Shown: piece by piece, positions 14,040 through 32,835 of the stretch
How positions within the stretch are numbered: the stretch's first letter is position 1
Layout: each line of letters begins with the position of its first letter
Assembly (NCBI RefSeq): GCF_006345805.1
Contig: NC_043012.1
Location: 43,834,001 to 43,898,000 of the forward strand
Length of the DNA stretch: 64,000 nucleotides
Reading direction: 5' to 3'
Origin: Octopus sinensis
Lineage: Eukaryota
Notes under the pieces: generated by a model
Seen by the model: only the letters and a program-made list of their open reading frames with translations
What the model was told of the DNA's origin: nothing
The model's database searches: none
Position numbers and translations under genes: made by a program

Positions 14040-15500
14040 GTCAGTGTCCGATGGTTCAGAAGACCGTGTAGGTGAGCCCAGCAAACCAACTTGCTTAGAG
14101 AAGAAGAAGCAGTGGTTAAAGAAGTCAAAAGAGTTGAAAATAACAAACAAAACCGTTCTTGCATTTACTTCTGAAATGTGTAGACTTCTTTTGGTGAGCT
14201 CTTCTTTTATTCAGTATAATGGTTTATTTTCTATCTTTATTTATCTCTTTTTTTTTTGACTGAACTCTTGTTACTTCCGAATTCACGGTACCATTCCGCC
14301 TTCTTTGCGTTACCAAGTTCACTATTGTTGTAACCAGTTCAAAACCTTCCACCGTTCACATTAACCGCCGAAACCAACTTCTCACTCGACACCAAATACT
14401 GTGTCAACTGTTCCACACGAATCTTGCCCGGCACCATCTCACATATCGGCTGCATCAACTTTCATCACGTCGCCCGTCGCACATCGTCTTCCAGCACGAA
14501 TTTATTTTTAATTAACCACTTGGGTCAAAACACTGATGGGACAGCACAAGGACATACAAAACTTAGAAGAGGGGGGAATAAATCGAATGAAAAATGAAAT
14601 ATGAAAAAATGAAGGATGAAATGGCGACTACTTGCACCCCAATCCAAAGCAGTTGCATTGAACTTTTAACTACTTACAATTTTCCAAAGTCAAACACTTT
14701 TCAAAAATCAATAAACCACGTGCTCCAAGATGTCGTTGCACACCTTTATAGATCGGCAATGTCCGGCCCGAATTTTTGTTTTAGTTTTCTGAAATTACTT
14801 TCATCCACCAGCGCACATTTCACATATGGGGTAGAGACCTCTAAATTTACCTTTATGGTAGATTTAATTTTTAATTTCTCTCACTATACCCTTGCCAGTT
14901 GCATTGCGGGATTTTGTTAATTTGGTGGATGGAGATTTTATCCCCCCCATCCGCATTATAATAGCTGTTACAATTCAGCGAACCTCCACTTTCGGTGGTT
15001 TCTCCTCTACCCTTACCTTGGAAGCACGTCTCCCAACGTAAGTTGGGAGGAGCACCACATCTGCCGTATTTCTGGAGCTCCACAGAACAATACTTGGCCC
15101 TTTCTTCTGTGGCGTACTTGCTTCCTCTGGTAATGTATGAAATGTCGCTCCATATGTCCTTCAGACATTTTTCTATTTTTTTCTTTGATGCAATCTCTAT
15201 CCTTTTCTTTTCCAAATCAAACGCTTTATACACAACTGTTTCTTTTTCCACTCCATGACTTACTTCACAACTATTTCGTGCGGTTCTCTTTTTATTAAGT
15301 CTTTGAATTTCTTCAACTATTCCTTACTTATTTGTACCTACCCTCTCGAATTACCAGCCACTGCTGCAAAACTCGTTCCTCCCTTCACCATGTGGATGCT
15401 ATTAACGCATCTCAACAGTTCCTCCTCAGAATACTCTATGCTGGAATACAATTGTACAATAACACAACGCTCTCCCCCTCAAACCAGGGGGAAACGGTAA
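14040..15500 (-). mobile_element. Decayed ORF1-like fragment of a Tx1/L1-type LINE
   Basis: EKCLKDIWSDISYITRG (ORF 14871-15251) resembles EKCLRSI*AFKDYITR in ORF1 of the element at 26947-31868. Stops and frameshifts present. Confidence 0.45.
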
Positions 15501-16060
15501 CAAATCCACCAAAAAACAGACAAAACAAAATGTTCACGCAAAAACTTTTCAACAATATATTCAACAATATTCAACCATGAAAAATAACACTAACCGTTGG
15601 GGACAACCTTTTACATTGTGGAACTAGTACGAACTTCCAGCGCGAACTCTCTCATCACGTGGGCAATAGTAGTCTTTATACTTCATCCACACCGTAAAAG
15701 CTTGCCAAAATCATTACGCTTTAAATAATTACGTGACCACTGTTTTTGTTTTTTCGTCTTCGCTTGCAAAACCAGAGAGTGGTGTTCTAATTTGCGTCGT
15801 ACGAATGAGAAATTATCTGAATTTTTTTTTTTTCGTTCATAACAATAATCTTGTTATCAGTCAGTTCCCTGACCAAGTGCAGAATGCCTGTCGATTCTCT
15901 CAATAAGAAATCCAAGGTACTGGATGTATTCCAGACTAAAACTTAGATTAAGAAATAACACCATGCATGTGTATGGGTGGATGTCACGGTTAAGCTTCGT
16001 TTATTTTTTCTTTTGCTTGCTTTTATTTAAATATAAACCAGGAGCGAACTGAGAGTATAA

Positions 16061-16194
16061 GTGCCATCGGGCATAACTGTTTACCGGACCCCTTTGAATT
16101 TGTGTTTTAGTAGAGTTATCATTAGGATGCTGGCCCCTCAGAGCTCCGGGCCCTCGGGCAGTGCCCGATTGACCGATGGCTCAGTCGGCCACTG
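16061..16194. mobile_element. Possible short GC-rich MITE remnant
   Basis: gccatcgg (16063) and ccgatggc (16173) are inverted; GC-rich island in AT-rich context. Confidence 0.3.
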
Positions 16195-18078
16195 TTATAA
16201 ACCCTTAACTTACTTCATCCATTTACTCCTTCGAAACGCTTCGAAACCCCTTCAACAATGTCGGCAAACGTTTAGCTGCTTTTTTTCTCTTGTTATGTTG
16301 TCTATTACGTTTCGATGAATGTATTATCTGATCATCTTCACATTTAGACCCTAACAACGGATAGAACTTACATAAAACAACTGGGATAAAATCTCAAATA
16401 TCCTAACACTTTAATTGGTGAGCACCTCCTTGAAGTTCTCAGCCTTACAAGGGTATTTTTAATGTGTTTCATGCTGGCTAAAATTATAAAAAATACTTCA
16501 CTCGGCACTTCAATCTATCAAATAGTGCATTTCTCCTATTTGGCATCTTTCTGCCGGAATATGTATTCATACCTAACTGAATTATGCCATGGGGAGTTAA
16601 GTACCGTTACTGGCTCGCTATCACCTACAATTATAACATTAATTAATTGTCGCTATTTGAGTTTGATCAGGTTAAATATTTTATAATTACTAGTACTGAA
16701 ATATATCCTTTCAAATAAATTTTAATGAGTTTTTGGAGATAAAGTAGCACAAATCTTAACTCAATCTGTCTATCGGTTAAATGGTCGAGTAATTCACAAT
16801 GAATGACTAAATTAAGGGAGTTGTGTACTGATGCCGTACGCATACGCGCGCGCATTCACACGCACGCACACACAGAAAATCGGAATTAATTCTTCAAATT
16901 TCCTTCATAGCTGGAGAAGGAATCCACAGACATTGCACAAAATATTATCAATTCTCAAATGAAAGAGGAAATAACTTCAAGAAATTAAGAATTTATTGCT
17001 TAAAGTTACTTTTACACACAAGCATAAGGAGAAAGTAAGATTTTTTTGTTGTTTTTTTCGTTTGCAGGCAAGACGTAATTCTGGACACGTATTAGTGTAT
17101 TAGGCCTTATCAACATATAGTTTATTCAGGCTTGCTTGAACAGTTGACAAAGAATTTTACAAAAAGAAATAGAGTTAGGATTTAATTTTTGGCCATCGTA
17201 ATTTGCATAATTAAAAAGAGTAATTAAAGAAAATAACTGAAATGGCAATACGTTTTGATTAATAAGGAGTGATGAACTGAATGCGAAGGTCTTGAAGACA
17301 ACAAATATTTGTGTTACTTTCAATGAATTCCTTGACTTGGTTGTATTGCCGTTTCAAGGTCATTGTGAGTTGAAAATAAAAAGAAGCTCTCGACATTTAC
17401 ATTTTTTAGTGTGTGTCATCAGAAGGATTCATCTCTACTAGCAGCCAGGAGATGCAGGCGACACTGTCAACAGAAAAAAAAACCAGCCGTCAGATGTTGG
17501 CACATTGTCTAAGTGTCTGGAAGTGTTAATTGCTGCAATGGAATGTGTAAAATGCTTGACCAAAAATATAAATGTACTTTTGGCATAATTCCTTTGAGGG
17601 GGGGGGGCTAACAGGAAATTATAGAAATGAAAATTCAGAATGTCTTGTGCCACTGCTTAAAAATGCTGTTAGCTACACAGGAAAAGAATTGAAAATCCAG
17701 TCTGTACCAGCCTCGTAAAAGTCTATTTCTACTTGTAGTATTAGAAAGGGACAGGGAAAGGATATATAAAGTCGATTCATACGCTCTGTATTGTTCATTA
17801 AGTCAACTTAAAAATGACATAAAATTTTCACGAATTCAATCTTCTAAATGTAGGCGAATGTTTAATGTAAAGAATACTGATGTGTGACGTTAGTGGAGTG
17901 TCAAGTGCTGATATTTACTAAGAGAAAACATAATGAGTGTTTGCTTAAAGCTCTTATACAAACATCATACAAAATCATTGGCTAACCTCTGAAATCTTGG
18001 ACTGAAACAGACCACAGACAAGCAACATCATTCACATACATACATACATACATACATACATACATGTATGTGTGTGGA

Positions 18079-18110
<32 letters not shown>

Positions 18111-18762
18111 CTACTGTTCAATGTAGAAAAAATTCCGAATTATACAAAAAAATGTTGAACTGCATTAGAAGTATAAAATCTTAAATTGCTAAATGAATTA
18201 AAGAAAAGTTTTTAACTTCAAATATTAAATTTATATTATTTCTCCTATTTTTCAGTATAAAATCAACAATGCAAATCTATTTGATTTATTCGGATTCGAG
18301 ATATAATTACAAACACACTTTCACTAGAATGTAATTTTCTTTCTAATGCTGGAAATTATAAAATCTAATATGAAAACCTTAGAAAAAAATTCTTTTTTTG
18401 GTGAATGGAGTGCATCATAATTATAAATATAATATAGTAGTAGATATATTCTGCTGTACAGCGACTTAATTTCGAGATTTGGACGTGTTGCTTTGAATTC
18501 ATTTACCACACCAATACCCTGAGAACATCACACCATGCTTTTTATTATTATTTTAAAACAGCGAAACTATGCGAGAAATCCAATAAGTAACAAATGGAGC
18601 TGCACACTTTAACCGGGTGAGTTGAGGTGCTCACAGACTGTAATTTGAAAAATGTGTTGGAACGGTGAAAAATCATATCAAAAGTAGATTTTCTTTAATT
18701 TTTCACCCTGCTTTTATTGCTTCAGTTACTAAAATGTTTTTGAACTATCGTTAATACATATA

Positions 18763-19320
18763 TACAGGATGTCTCAAAATTAAAGCAACCAACTTTTTTC
18801 AATTTGCCAAACCAAAATTTTGTTATATTTCGGGTTTCAGCGTTGCAATGCGATGGTAAAGGAAACATAACTATGACACTACCACATTTATCCGCTTTTT
18901 CGAAATACAGCCTTAAGTCTAGGTGCGAATTCTTCACACGCAGCACACAGCTGTTCTTGCGGAATCGAAGCCCATTCCTGCTGAAATGTTGCCTTCAAAG
19001 CGTCGAACGAAGCATGTGAAGTACTCGAGACCCTTGTCTCCAAAATGAACCAAACAAAAATCCAACGGGTAGAGACAGGGGCTTCTTGAGGGTCATACAA
19101 CCTTACCTATGAGCGACGGAATATTTTTCTGAATCTTGTGTTTTGGATGGTGCCGAGTCCTGTTGGACGCTCCAATCTGCACCTTGAAAGTGCTCATTCG
19201 CCTATGGAAGCAGTTGAGCTTCCAGAATGTCGCTAATGTATCGTTGGGTGTTAACACAGAAACGAGGAGAGATCTTCCAGTGGCTGTCACAGCCGCCCAA
19301 ACCATAAATGACTGGATTTT
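18763..19320 (-). mobile_element. Tc1/mariner-superfamily transposase C-terminal relic with right terminal repeat
   Basis: Minus frames read FMVWAAVTATGRS, QQDSAPS and ALKATFQQEWASIPQEQLCAACEEFAPRLKAV. TA-CAGGATGTCTC terminus at 18763. Confidence 0.8.
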
Positions 19321-19618
19321 AACGTTGATCCATTCAACGGAACAGCCTTCTCGTGGAATTAATGTGCATGTGGCTGAGCACTTCACAGACACGTGTACCC
19401 TTAACGTAGTTCTCGGGGAGATTCAGCGTGACAGAGAGTGTAACAAGGCTAGCCCTTTGAAATACAGGTACCAGAGAAACAGGAAGAAAGATTGAGAGAA
19501 TATTCTGTTTCGGCTACATCCCCCTACCGGTGCTCGTGGAGCTTTAAGTGTTTTCGCTCAATGAACGCTCACAACGCCCACGAGTCCAGTCCGCTGCCCT
19601 AACCACTGGGCCATTGCA
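19321..19618 (-). mobile_element. tRNA-derived SINE family D (internally deleted)
   Basis: Minus strand starts ggtgcaatggcccagtggttagggcagcggact (A-box-like tRNA head); body ends ctgttccgttgaatggatcaac. Confidence 0.7.
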
Positions 19619-19647
19619 CCACACACACACACAACATATGTATGTAT

Positions 19648-19681
<34 letters not shown>

Positions 19682-19682
<1 letters not shown>

Positions 19683-20560
19683 ATAGAAATATGTTACAAA
19701 AAGAAAATAGAAACTACACGTGGAAATGTAAGGGGAAAGTAAGAAAAATCAACGAAAATGCACTTAGTAAATAAAAAAAGAAAAGGCTTTTTATGAAAGG
19801 TAACGACAGATGTATACAATTAGATGGACTGGGGTAGTAATAAAAGTCATTATTATGAGATTATTGAAGAGATTCAAGCATACCGTGGTTTCGTAAGACT
19901 ATTCATTGCTTTGAATGAACACCGGCTAATGAACGGTGTCAGGTCTAATAGTTCCTGAGTAAAAAGATTATTTGTAAGGGAGGTAAGTAGCTCTGGATTT
20001 TTTGCAGTTAGGTTAGATATAGAATTGTAATGTGAATGATGTAAGGAATGTATGGTGGTTAGTGGTATTAATTGAAAGGTAAGTAGTGTTCTGTATTATG
20101 TTATGTGTTTATATTTATTGATGAAAATTGCCTCTTTATTCAATCTTTGTTGCTTTGAGGTGTTCTGTGAACATTGATAGAAGGGTAAAATTTGGAAATT
20201 AGGATTAAGATTCCTAGCACACCTCTCTATGTGTTCACTAACCTGTAGCTGTCTGTATTGTGGGTGGCGGATTTGTTCTTTGTGGATGGTGGTTCTTCGA
20301 CGGAGTGATAATCCTGTTTGTCCAATATAGTGGTAACCACATCCTAAGTATGTTATGGCATAGATTAGATTTTCCGAGGCACAGGTGAAATTTGATTTGA
20401 TCTTAAATATTTCACCTTGTTTGAAGTGGAATTCTGAACCCACCAAAAGGTGGGGGCATGTACCACAGTTAGGTAGACCACATTTTTCCACTTTTGGCTC
20501 TGTTGTTAGTGGATATAGTCTTGCGCTGGTTAATATTTTTTTCGGTGACTTCGGTTGCAT
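19682..20560 (-). mobile_element. 5'-truncated Neptune-type PLE (GIY-YIG and 3' UTR)
   Basis: ORF 20096-20572: CGLPNCGTC, NLIYAIT...YIGQTG, RRRTTIH. T-rich 3' tail ends in (TA)n at about 19680. Confidence 0.9.
19873..19915 (-). ncRNA. Minimal type I hammerhead ribozyme motif, A3-U8 variant
   Basis: ttcaaagca-ATGAATA-gtcttac-GAAA-ccacgg-TA-tgcttgaa. Stem I 8 bp with one bulge; very short stem II; GUA cleavage triplet. Confidence 0.65.
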
Positions 20561-20626
20561 TTTGCTATGCAACCGAAGTCACTGAAAAAAATGTTAACCA
20601 GCGCAAGACTATGTCCACTAACAACA
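20501..20626. repeat. Fold-back inverted repeat (60-bp arms, 6-nt loop) at the PLE 5' truncation point
   Basis: 20501-20560 pairs with 20567-20626; three transition mismatches. Confidence 0.95.
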
Positions 20627-20699
20627 CTAAATCTTTAACACAGAACTTTGGCGTTGCTTGTAGTAGTAGTGCATCTCTTCTTTGTTCCTGACTAAAAAT

Positions 20700-21240
20700 A
20701 GAGTTACCCTTTATTGACATTTGAAATGGACAACTGAAAATTTCATACTCGCGTTGCAATGCTTTCCTTTTTTAAAAAAGGAGAAATGCTGCAAAGACTT
20801 GCAAAAACATTTGGGAAGTTGATGATGCTGTAGGGGAATCAACTGTTCGCGGATGGCTTGCAAACTTTAAAACTGGGGAGTTTAGCTTGGAAGATGACAA
20901 TCGCAGCGGAAGACCTCCAATATTGAATGAAAATGTTTTGAAGGCAAAAATCGAGGAAACTCAAATATCACGACTAGAGAACTTGCAGAGGAGTTGGACG
21001 TTTCTAATAGTACAGCTCATGAACACCTAGTGAAGCTAGGATACATTTCTCGCTATAATGTATAGGTACTTCACAAACTCTCAGAAAATAACTGCTTGGA
21101 CCGGTATACCATTTGTGATATGCATTTGAAACGGATGAAAAATGGATTGTGTACGAAAACGTAGTGCGAATAAATCCTGGAGTTTGCGTAAGGATCCCCC
21201 AAAATAGCAACCAAAGACGAATATCCATGTCAGCAAAATC
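20700..21240 (+). mobile_element. Mariner transposase N-terminal relic
   Basis: WLANFKTGEFSLEDDNRSGRP, TTRELAEELDVSNSTAHEHLVKLGY and DEKWIVYEN. Frameshifted and internally deleted. Confidence 0.88.
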
Positions 21241-21272
21241 TATGATTTATGTTTGGTATATATATATATACA

Positions 21273-21406
21273 CGGCAGGCTTCTTTCCGTTTCCGCCTAC
21301 CAAATCGAGGCTATAGTACAGTTGCCCAAGGTGCCACGCGGTGGGAGTGAATCCAGAACTATGTGATTGATAAGGAAACCTCTTACCACACAGCCACGCC
21401 TGCGCC
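21273..21406 (-). mobile_element. tRNA-derived SINE family B
   Basis: Head ggcgcaggcgtggctgtgtggtaag...ggattcactccc, then ggcaccttgggcaa. Homologous to 32836 and 60015. Confidence 0.85.
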
Positions 21407-23980
21407 TAACACAGTCACACCTTCACAAAGCAGTAATTGTTTCTGACTTGTACACAAATTCATACATATACACATGGAAGCCTGACAGAAAAGACTTCGT
21501 CCATGGTAATGAACACGGATCAGAGTAATGTTCGACAATTTAAAGATATTTGACGATCAAATATTATTTCTTCAGTCAATAGGTGAACACGGTCGATCAG
21601 TTCGATTAATGAATCAAATTACTTTTATTCCTCTAACTCCAACAGAAAGTAAGGAAAATTAATTATTTTAATTTTCAGAAATGCACTGACTTTATAGATA
21701 TTTAATAATTTGAGTCAGTGACTTAGTTTCGATTCTTGATTGGATCCTCAACACTTAAGTTTCGTTTCTGAGAATTATATATTAAGCAGTATCTCAAAAG
21801 AAGATTAGCTCTACTTGAATGATTTTATCATATATTATACAACAGAGGTTTCTATAAGGCCGTGCAATTTTTATTTATAAGTAGCAATTACGAATTTTAA
21901 AACATTGTTTTGCAATTACTAAGTTTAAACTATAAATTCTGCTTCTGCCAAGAAACATTTTCCAGCAACTATGGCTACACATCAATAAGTAAACTATTAA
22001 CAGTCTACCAAAATTAGATGGTGTCCCGGCTATCTTCTGGAGTGTCATCGCTCTAAAGAGTGGGTAAAATAAAGGATTTAAAATAAAAATGAATTTTAAA
22101 AAGTTTGAAGAATTTGTTTATCATAGATTTGGCCAAGTTGCGAGATGACTCGTGGAAACGGTTCAAGCTGGCAGACGTTTCCGCTTGTGTGCCAAGAGTA
22201 GCAGCATAGTTGTAGTGAGATAGAAAAGAGCTAACAAGAGTGAGTTTATGTTTGCTCGATCCATTGGAAAAGGAGCCACATTTCTCTAAAAGCATGGAAG
22301 AACACACTGAATACTGTAATTCCGAAAATGTAATGGGATTGTCATGGCTGGAATGTTTTGATCATATATCAGAGCTAACAAAAGACTAAACAACGACAGT
22401 AGAAGCAGCTTGAGAGAGGGGGAGAGAAAGATCTTTACCTTTAACGTGAACGAGAAGCATAGTTTGGAAAAATCGGGTTCTACATATAATTATAATACAA
22501 TTATAATATAATTGTAATATAATTATATCATAATATAATCTATATCTATAAAACAGTCCTTGAACGAAAATTGTATGCACATGTTGCTTTGACGGTTAAT
22601 GGCGACCAAACCGAGGCTAGGATCGAGATGAAAATTGACAGGGATATTAAATGCATGGTGAGGATGAGACCCGCGATGGTTAAAATTTGCAAGCTATAAA
22701 GATGTGGTTGCTATGGCAAAAAGAGTGGTTTTTATCGATTCAAGGGGGCCCAGAGCCCCTCTAGGTTTGTGCGATTGGCTTTTAATGCCCGGCGGCATGC
22801 ACCACAAGCTGTTGTGCTTAATAAACATACATTTCGTCGCGAAATTCCGGCTACTAGGAAACGATTTTTCATTGTGAAAAGACGAGTGCTTTTTGCCCTC
22901 ATTTTCTCTTTGATCTTTTTATAAAAGTGAAAGGATTTCGTCTATTTATTTCTGCAGTCCACTTACGACGGTGATTCAGTTGACTAGGAAAACTATACGT
23001 GAAGAATATCCAATACCAAACTATCTTAATCTACATATTGAAACCGCATTAAACTTTGGCAAGCTTACCTTTACCTAGTCGGAGTTACTTGAAAGGTGAT
23101 GTTCCCTTCCCTCTTTTCTGATTGTTGATACCTTTGATACCGTTGTTTCACTTTAAGGATGCTTCTTTACCCAGCCATTATGATATTTCCACTGCTGTCC
23201 ATTGTTTCAAATAGGTTTTAGCACTGTCATTCAAGCCTTTTTTTAAACAATCACTTATGATTCGTCTCAAAGAATCAATCTTTGAATAAGAGTTTTGCTC
23301 CACTAGCGAAAGCTATACGTATCTTTCAGAAAGCTCTATAACAATTTAACTTTATGTAGCATCCGCTGTTAGTATATGCGCAGTCTTTGTGTTTAAGACA
23401 GAATAAAGGGGCTTTTGTTAGCTTATCTCTCCGAAAAAATTAGCTCCCTTTGCTGTTGAAAAAAATAAATTCGTAGGGGTGGGGGGAGTTTCATCGTCTT
23501 CCTTCAATTTCCTTACACCATTTATGTGGCTGTTTCTGACAAGAAATTTCGCTTTGATGTAAAACAACTATATTTTGTAGTCATTATCTGTAATCTACTC
23601 CTAAAACACTTCAGTAGCTCTACTTTGCATCGCTTGCAAACTTATATGCTCTATGATAATCAAAGTGCAACGACATTCACAATAACCAGCCTTCAATTTG
23701 ATTTCCCATTCCTAGGTTAATCGGAAACAGATTGCCATGCTACACATAAACCTTCTCGGTAGTTCAATTATTTGGTGAAAAATATACCACGAAAGCAACT
23801 TAAACAGTCCAAAGGACGTGTACGTTTGCTAGTTATATTATAATTATAATTATAATATAATTTTTTAAAGCGTATCATAAATATATACAAGGAATCTTTA
23901 CATTAGGAATCTCCAAAATCAATACCTGTTGAAATTTATTTTGTGAAGTTATGTGTAGTACTTAATATTGATTTTAAATT

Positions 23981-24176
23981 TTGGCACAAGGTCAGAAATG
24001 CTGAGGGAGGGTGTAAGTAGATTACGACAACCCCAGTGCATAACTGGTACTTATTTTATCGACTCCGAAAGGATGAAAGGCAATGTCGACCTTGGCCGAT
24101 TATGAACACAGAACGTAAAGACGAACGAAACAGCGCCATGCATCATCGCCGGCGTGCTAACGATTCTGCGGCTGAC
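23981..24176 (-). mobile_element. SINE family A, diverged
   Basis: Homology to 41226-41618. Confidence 0.8.
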
Positions 24177-24767
24177 ACATTGAAAGGAATAAAAAAAGTG
24201 TGCCTTTCAGTTATCCACAAGTATATATTAAGCTGTTAAATCAGGAAGTTTTATCCCTCAGTCCATAACACTGCTTACACTAACAATTGCAGAAGTAGGA
24301 GAAAGTAACAGCAGCGATATTTTTTAAATACTTTACGCCCAATGCTCACGATATCATTGGCATCGTGTTTATATCACAGTGGAAATTACTTTTATGCTAT
24401 AAAATATCATATTACTACATTGTTCATTATATCCTGGAAACATATATCACACACCTGTTGGCTGTTTACTAGACCGTCGATCCGGTGTGAGATACATTCG
24501 TGGTAATCCTCGTGATAGTACCCAAATCATGCATAGTAACTCAAGCGTACGTACTTAGACAATATGAATTTATATGTGTGTGTTGTATATTTTCACATAT
24601 ATATCGTATAAACATATGCACACTCACACGCAGACACAAATACAATTAAACACACACATATTTATATATGTGTGAACGTGTGTGGGGGAGCACATTTAAA
24701 TACAAAATGCATACAATCGTACGTATATAAATGCATACAAACACATCTGTACATGCATGTATATCTA

Positions 24768-24847
<80 letters not shown>

Positions 24848-25019
24848 GGCATATATATATATATATATAAATAATATTAATTCGAGACAAAACCACTATT
24901 TTGCAAAACAAACAAGGAAAGACTTAATCAATACATAAAAATTTTTAATATTTGGATTTAATCCTAAATCTGATTTTTTCCCTGTAAATTTGGATTTATT
25001 CCCTAATATTTATTATTAT

Positions 25020-25353
<334 letters not shown>

Positions 25354-25355
<2 letters not shown>

Positions 25356-26385
25356 ATGGGTACAGGATGTCACCAACTGTGTTAAACAACATGAAGTACG
25401 AAAACAAACGAGTTAAATACGCAAACAACGAGAAAACTAACCTTCATCAATTGTCGGCTGTCCATTTACTCCTTATTTCGAGCATTTAACGACAATATGA
25501 GTCTTCGAAGACAGTTGCTCCCATAAATTCCAAAATAAAATTTTGGATTTCTGGAGAGTCAAAGTTGGGAACAAAAACAGAACAGTGGAAACATACAAGA
25601 AAACTGAACAAAAACAAACATGGCGGGTCATTAGACCAGAACGAGGGGAATATAGTGAACGCTGGGAGAAATATTTTCTTTGAAAAGAGAAAAGATAGAA
25701 GAGAGAGATAGAAGAAAGATGGTCACGTGTGAGCAACAAGAGAGAGAAAGAGAGAGAGAGAAGAGAGTGAGAGATATAGAAAACTGTGAAGGGGAAAAAG
25801 GAATTAGATAAGGATGGGCGAGAAAACAGTATAGAATCTCCTCCATCCTTGTCTAATTCCCTTTTTCTCTCTCTGTCTCTCTGTCTCTCCCTTTCTCTTT
25901 TCTCTCTCATGTTGCTCTCACGTGACCACCGTCTATCTTTCTTCTCCTCACGTGACCATCTTTCTTTTCCTGAACGACTTCTAAGGACTGGACATCTTCT
26001 ATCTCTCTCTTCTATCTTTTTTCTTTTCAAAAAAAATATTTCTCCCCGCGTTCGCTATTTTCCCCTCATCCTTTTCTAATGACCCTCCATGTTTGTTTTT
26101 GTTCAGTTTCCTTGTATGTCTCCACTGTCCTGTTTTTGTCCCCAACTTTGACCCTCCAGAAATCCAAAATTTTATTTTGGAATTTATGGGAGCAACTGAC
26201 TTCGAAGACTCATATTGTCGTTGAATGCTCGAAATGAAGAGTAGATAGACAGCCGACAACTGATAAAGGGTCGTTCTTTGTGCTACTTTTGTGTTACGTT
26301 TTCCATTTCTTGCTCTTGTTGTTTGCGTATTGAACTCATTTATGTTCGTACTTCATGTTGTTTTACACAGTTGGTACCCATATAT
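25354..26385. mobile_element. About 1-kb imperfect fold-back element inserted in (TA)n
   Basis: Left arm (tatgggtac...caactgtgttaaacaacatgaagtacg...) is the reverse complement of the right arm (...cgtacttcatgttgttttacacagttggtacccata). Centre at about 25815-25850. Confidence 0.85.
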
Positions 26386-26580
26386 ATATATATATATGTA
26401 TCCTATACCCTGGAACTTACACACAAGATACAGGAGACTTATACGTATACCATTCTGCTTAAGTAATGGAACTGCAGTTACAATATCCCTGCATATCTCA
26501 CGTCTGTTTTCATTCCTCCACTTCACTCTCTATTTCATATCTTCTCTAGAATAACTATTGCTTTACCATTCTCTCGCACC

Positions 26581-26628
26581 GTCTCCGATGAAGGGATATA
26601 TAAAATATCCCGGAAACAGTTGTAAGAC
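26581..26628 (+). ncRNA. Minimal hammerhead motif with C4 substitution in a non-coding PLE-like tail (about 26400-26700)
   Basis: gtct-CCGATGA-a-gggatat/ataaa/atatccc-g-GAAA-cagttg-TA-agac. Confidence 0.6.
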
Positions 26629-26843
26629 CGTCTCTTTATACATGTTCTGAAATCTTTCACACCCTTGGATTTTTATCTCATTCTGTTTTAATTTTTTATG
26701 CATACATATATATATATATATATATACATTACTTATATTATTTATATTATTATTTAATTGAACGCAACGCATCCATTTCCAAGTTTATATATATATATAT
26801 ACGCTCATACATACGTGTATGTAAGAAAAGATATTACACATGC

Positions 26844-31868
<5,025 letters not shown>

Positions 31869-31869
31869 G

Positions 31870-31944
<75 letters not shown>

Positions 31945-31946
31945 GA
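31869..31946 (+). repeat. (GATA)n-(GA)n microsatellite, right flank of the Tx1-like LINE
   Basis: Direct reading. Confidence 0.95.
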
Positions 31947-32699
31947 AGAAAAATCTTCAAAGTATTTTATCCTTTTAGTTATTTAGTTTTCTTGCTGTTT
32001 AAAGTAACTTTTAGATAAAAATATGCATTAAAAATGTTCAGTACGCTGTGTTATTGACTGTAGCTATAATAGATGTGTTGACAATATTTAATGTTTTATC
32101 GAATTTCTCTTTATGAAAAAGGATATAAAAAAAAGGACTGTAACTTAATATAAGTAATACAGAACTGGTAAACAGTCATTCTTTCCTCCTGTTTTCTACT
32201 CTCATGTTCTCATTTTGGCTTTTTATTAATTCTTTCCTTTTCTTTCTCGTTTTATTTAAACGTCCGCATCCTTATACACATAGGGGGAAAGTAACCTCAT
32301 ACATAGATACTTACAAGATGCCTACAACCATCCGCAAACATAAATTTGTATGCTCCCCACATTCATGTCGCGCTATGCACATACATGCACAAAAAAGCCT
32401 TAAAGAAAACAAAACACAGACAATCCGTCGAAGGCAAAATTTTTGGCCAACACAAAAAAGTCTACAAATATATTGGACATCTCATTCATTTCCAACAACA
32501 TCTCACATGAAAGAAAATTTAAAGTATTACAAAACACCTCAAAGGGAGCCTTTATGTCGTTTCTGTATCTGTGTGTACATGTGCATTTATATATATAAGT
32601 TCAGCAACAATTTAGATTCAAATGAATATGGCACTTAATTTAGATGCACCAGAATTTTTTATGGTGTTACCCATAAAAATATGCGGGGTGGTTATAATA

Positions 32700-32811
32700 A
32701 AAAATAAGCAACAAGAATGAATCCGGTAATTTAGTACAATTGTTTCATACTACAACTGTAGTATGAAACAATTGTACTAAATTACCGGATTCATTCTTGT
32801 TGCTTATTTTT
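32700..32811. repeat. Perfect 55-bp-arm palindrome containing a hammerhead 3' half
   Basis: 32700-32754 is exactly complementary to 32757-32811. The right arm reads GAAA-caattg-TA followed by a T-rich tail. Confidence 0.95.
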
Positions 32812-32835
32812 GTATACATGTATATATATATATAC

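Noticed and set aside
26185-26275. Hammerhead within the arms of the 1-kb fold-back
   Set aside because: Core-like words (TCGAAGA, GAAA, CTGATAA) are in the wrong order or lack pairing stems.
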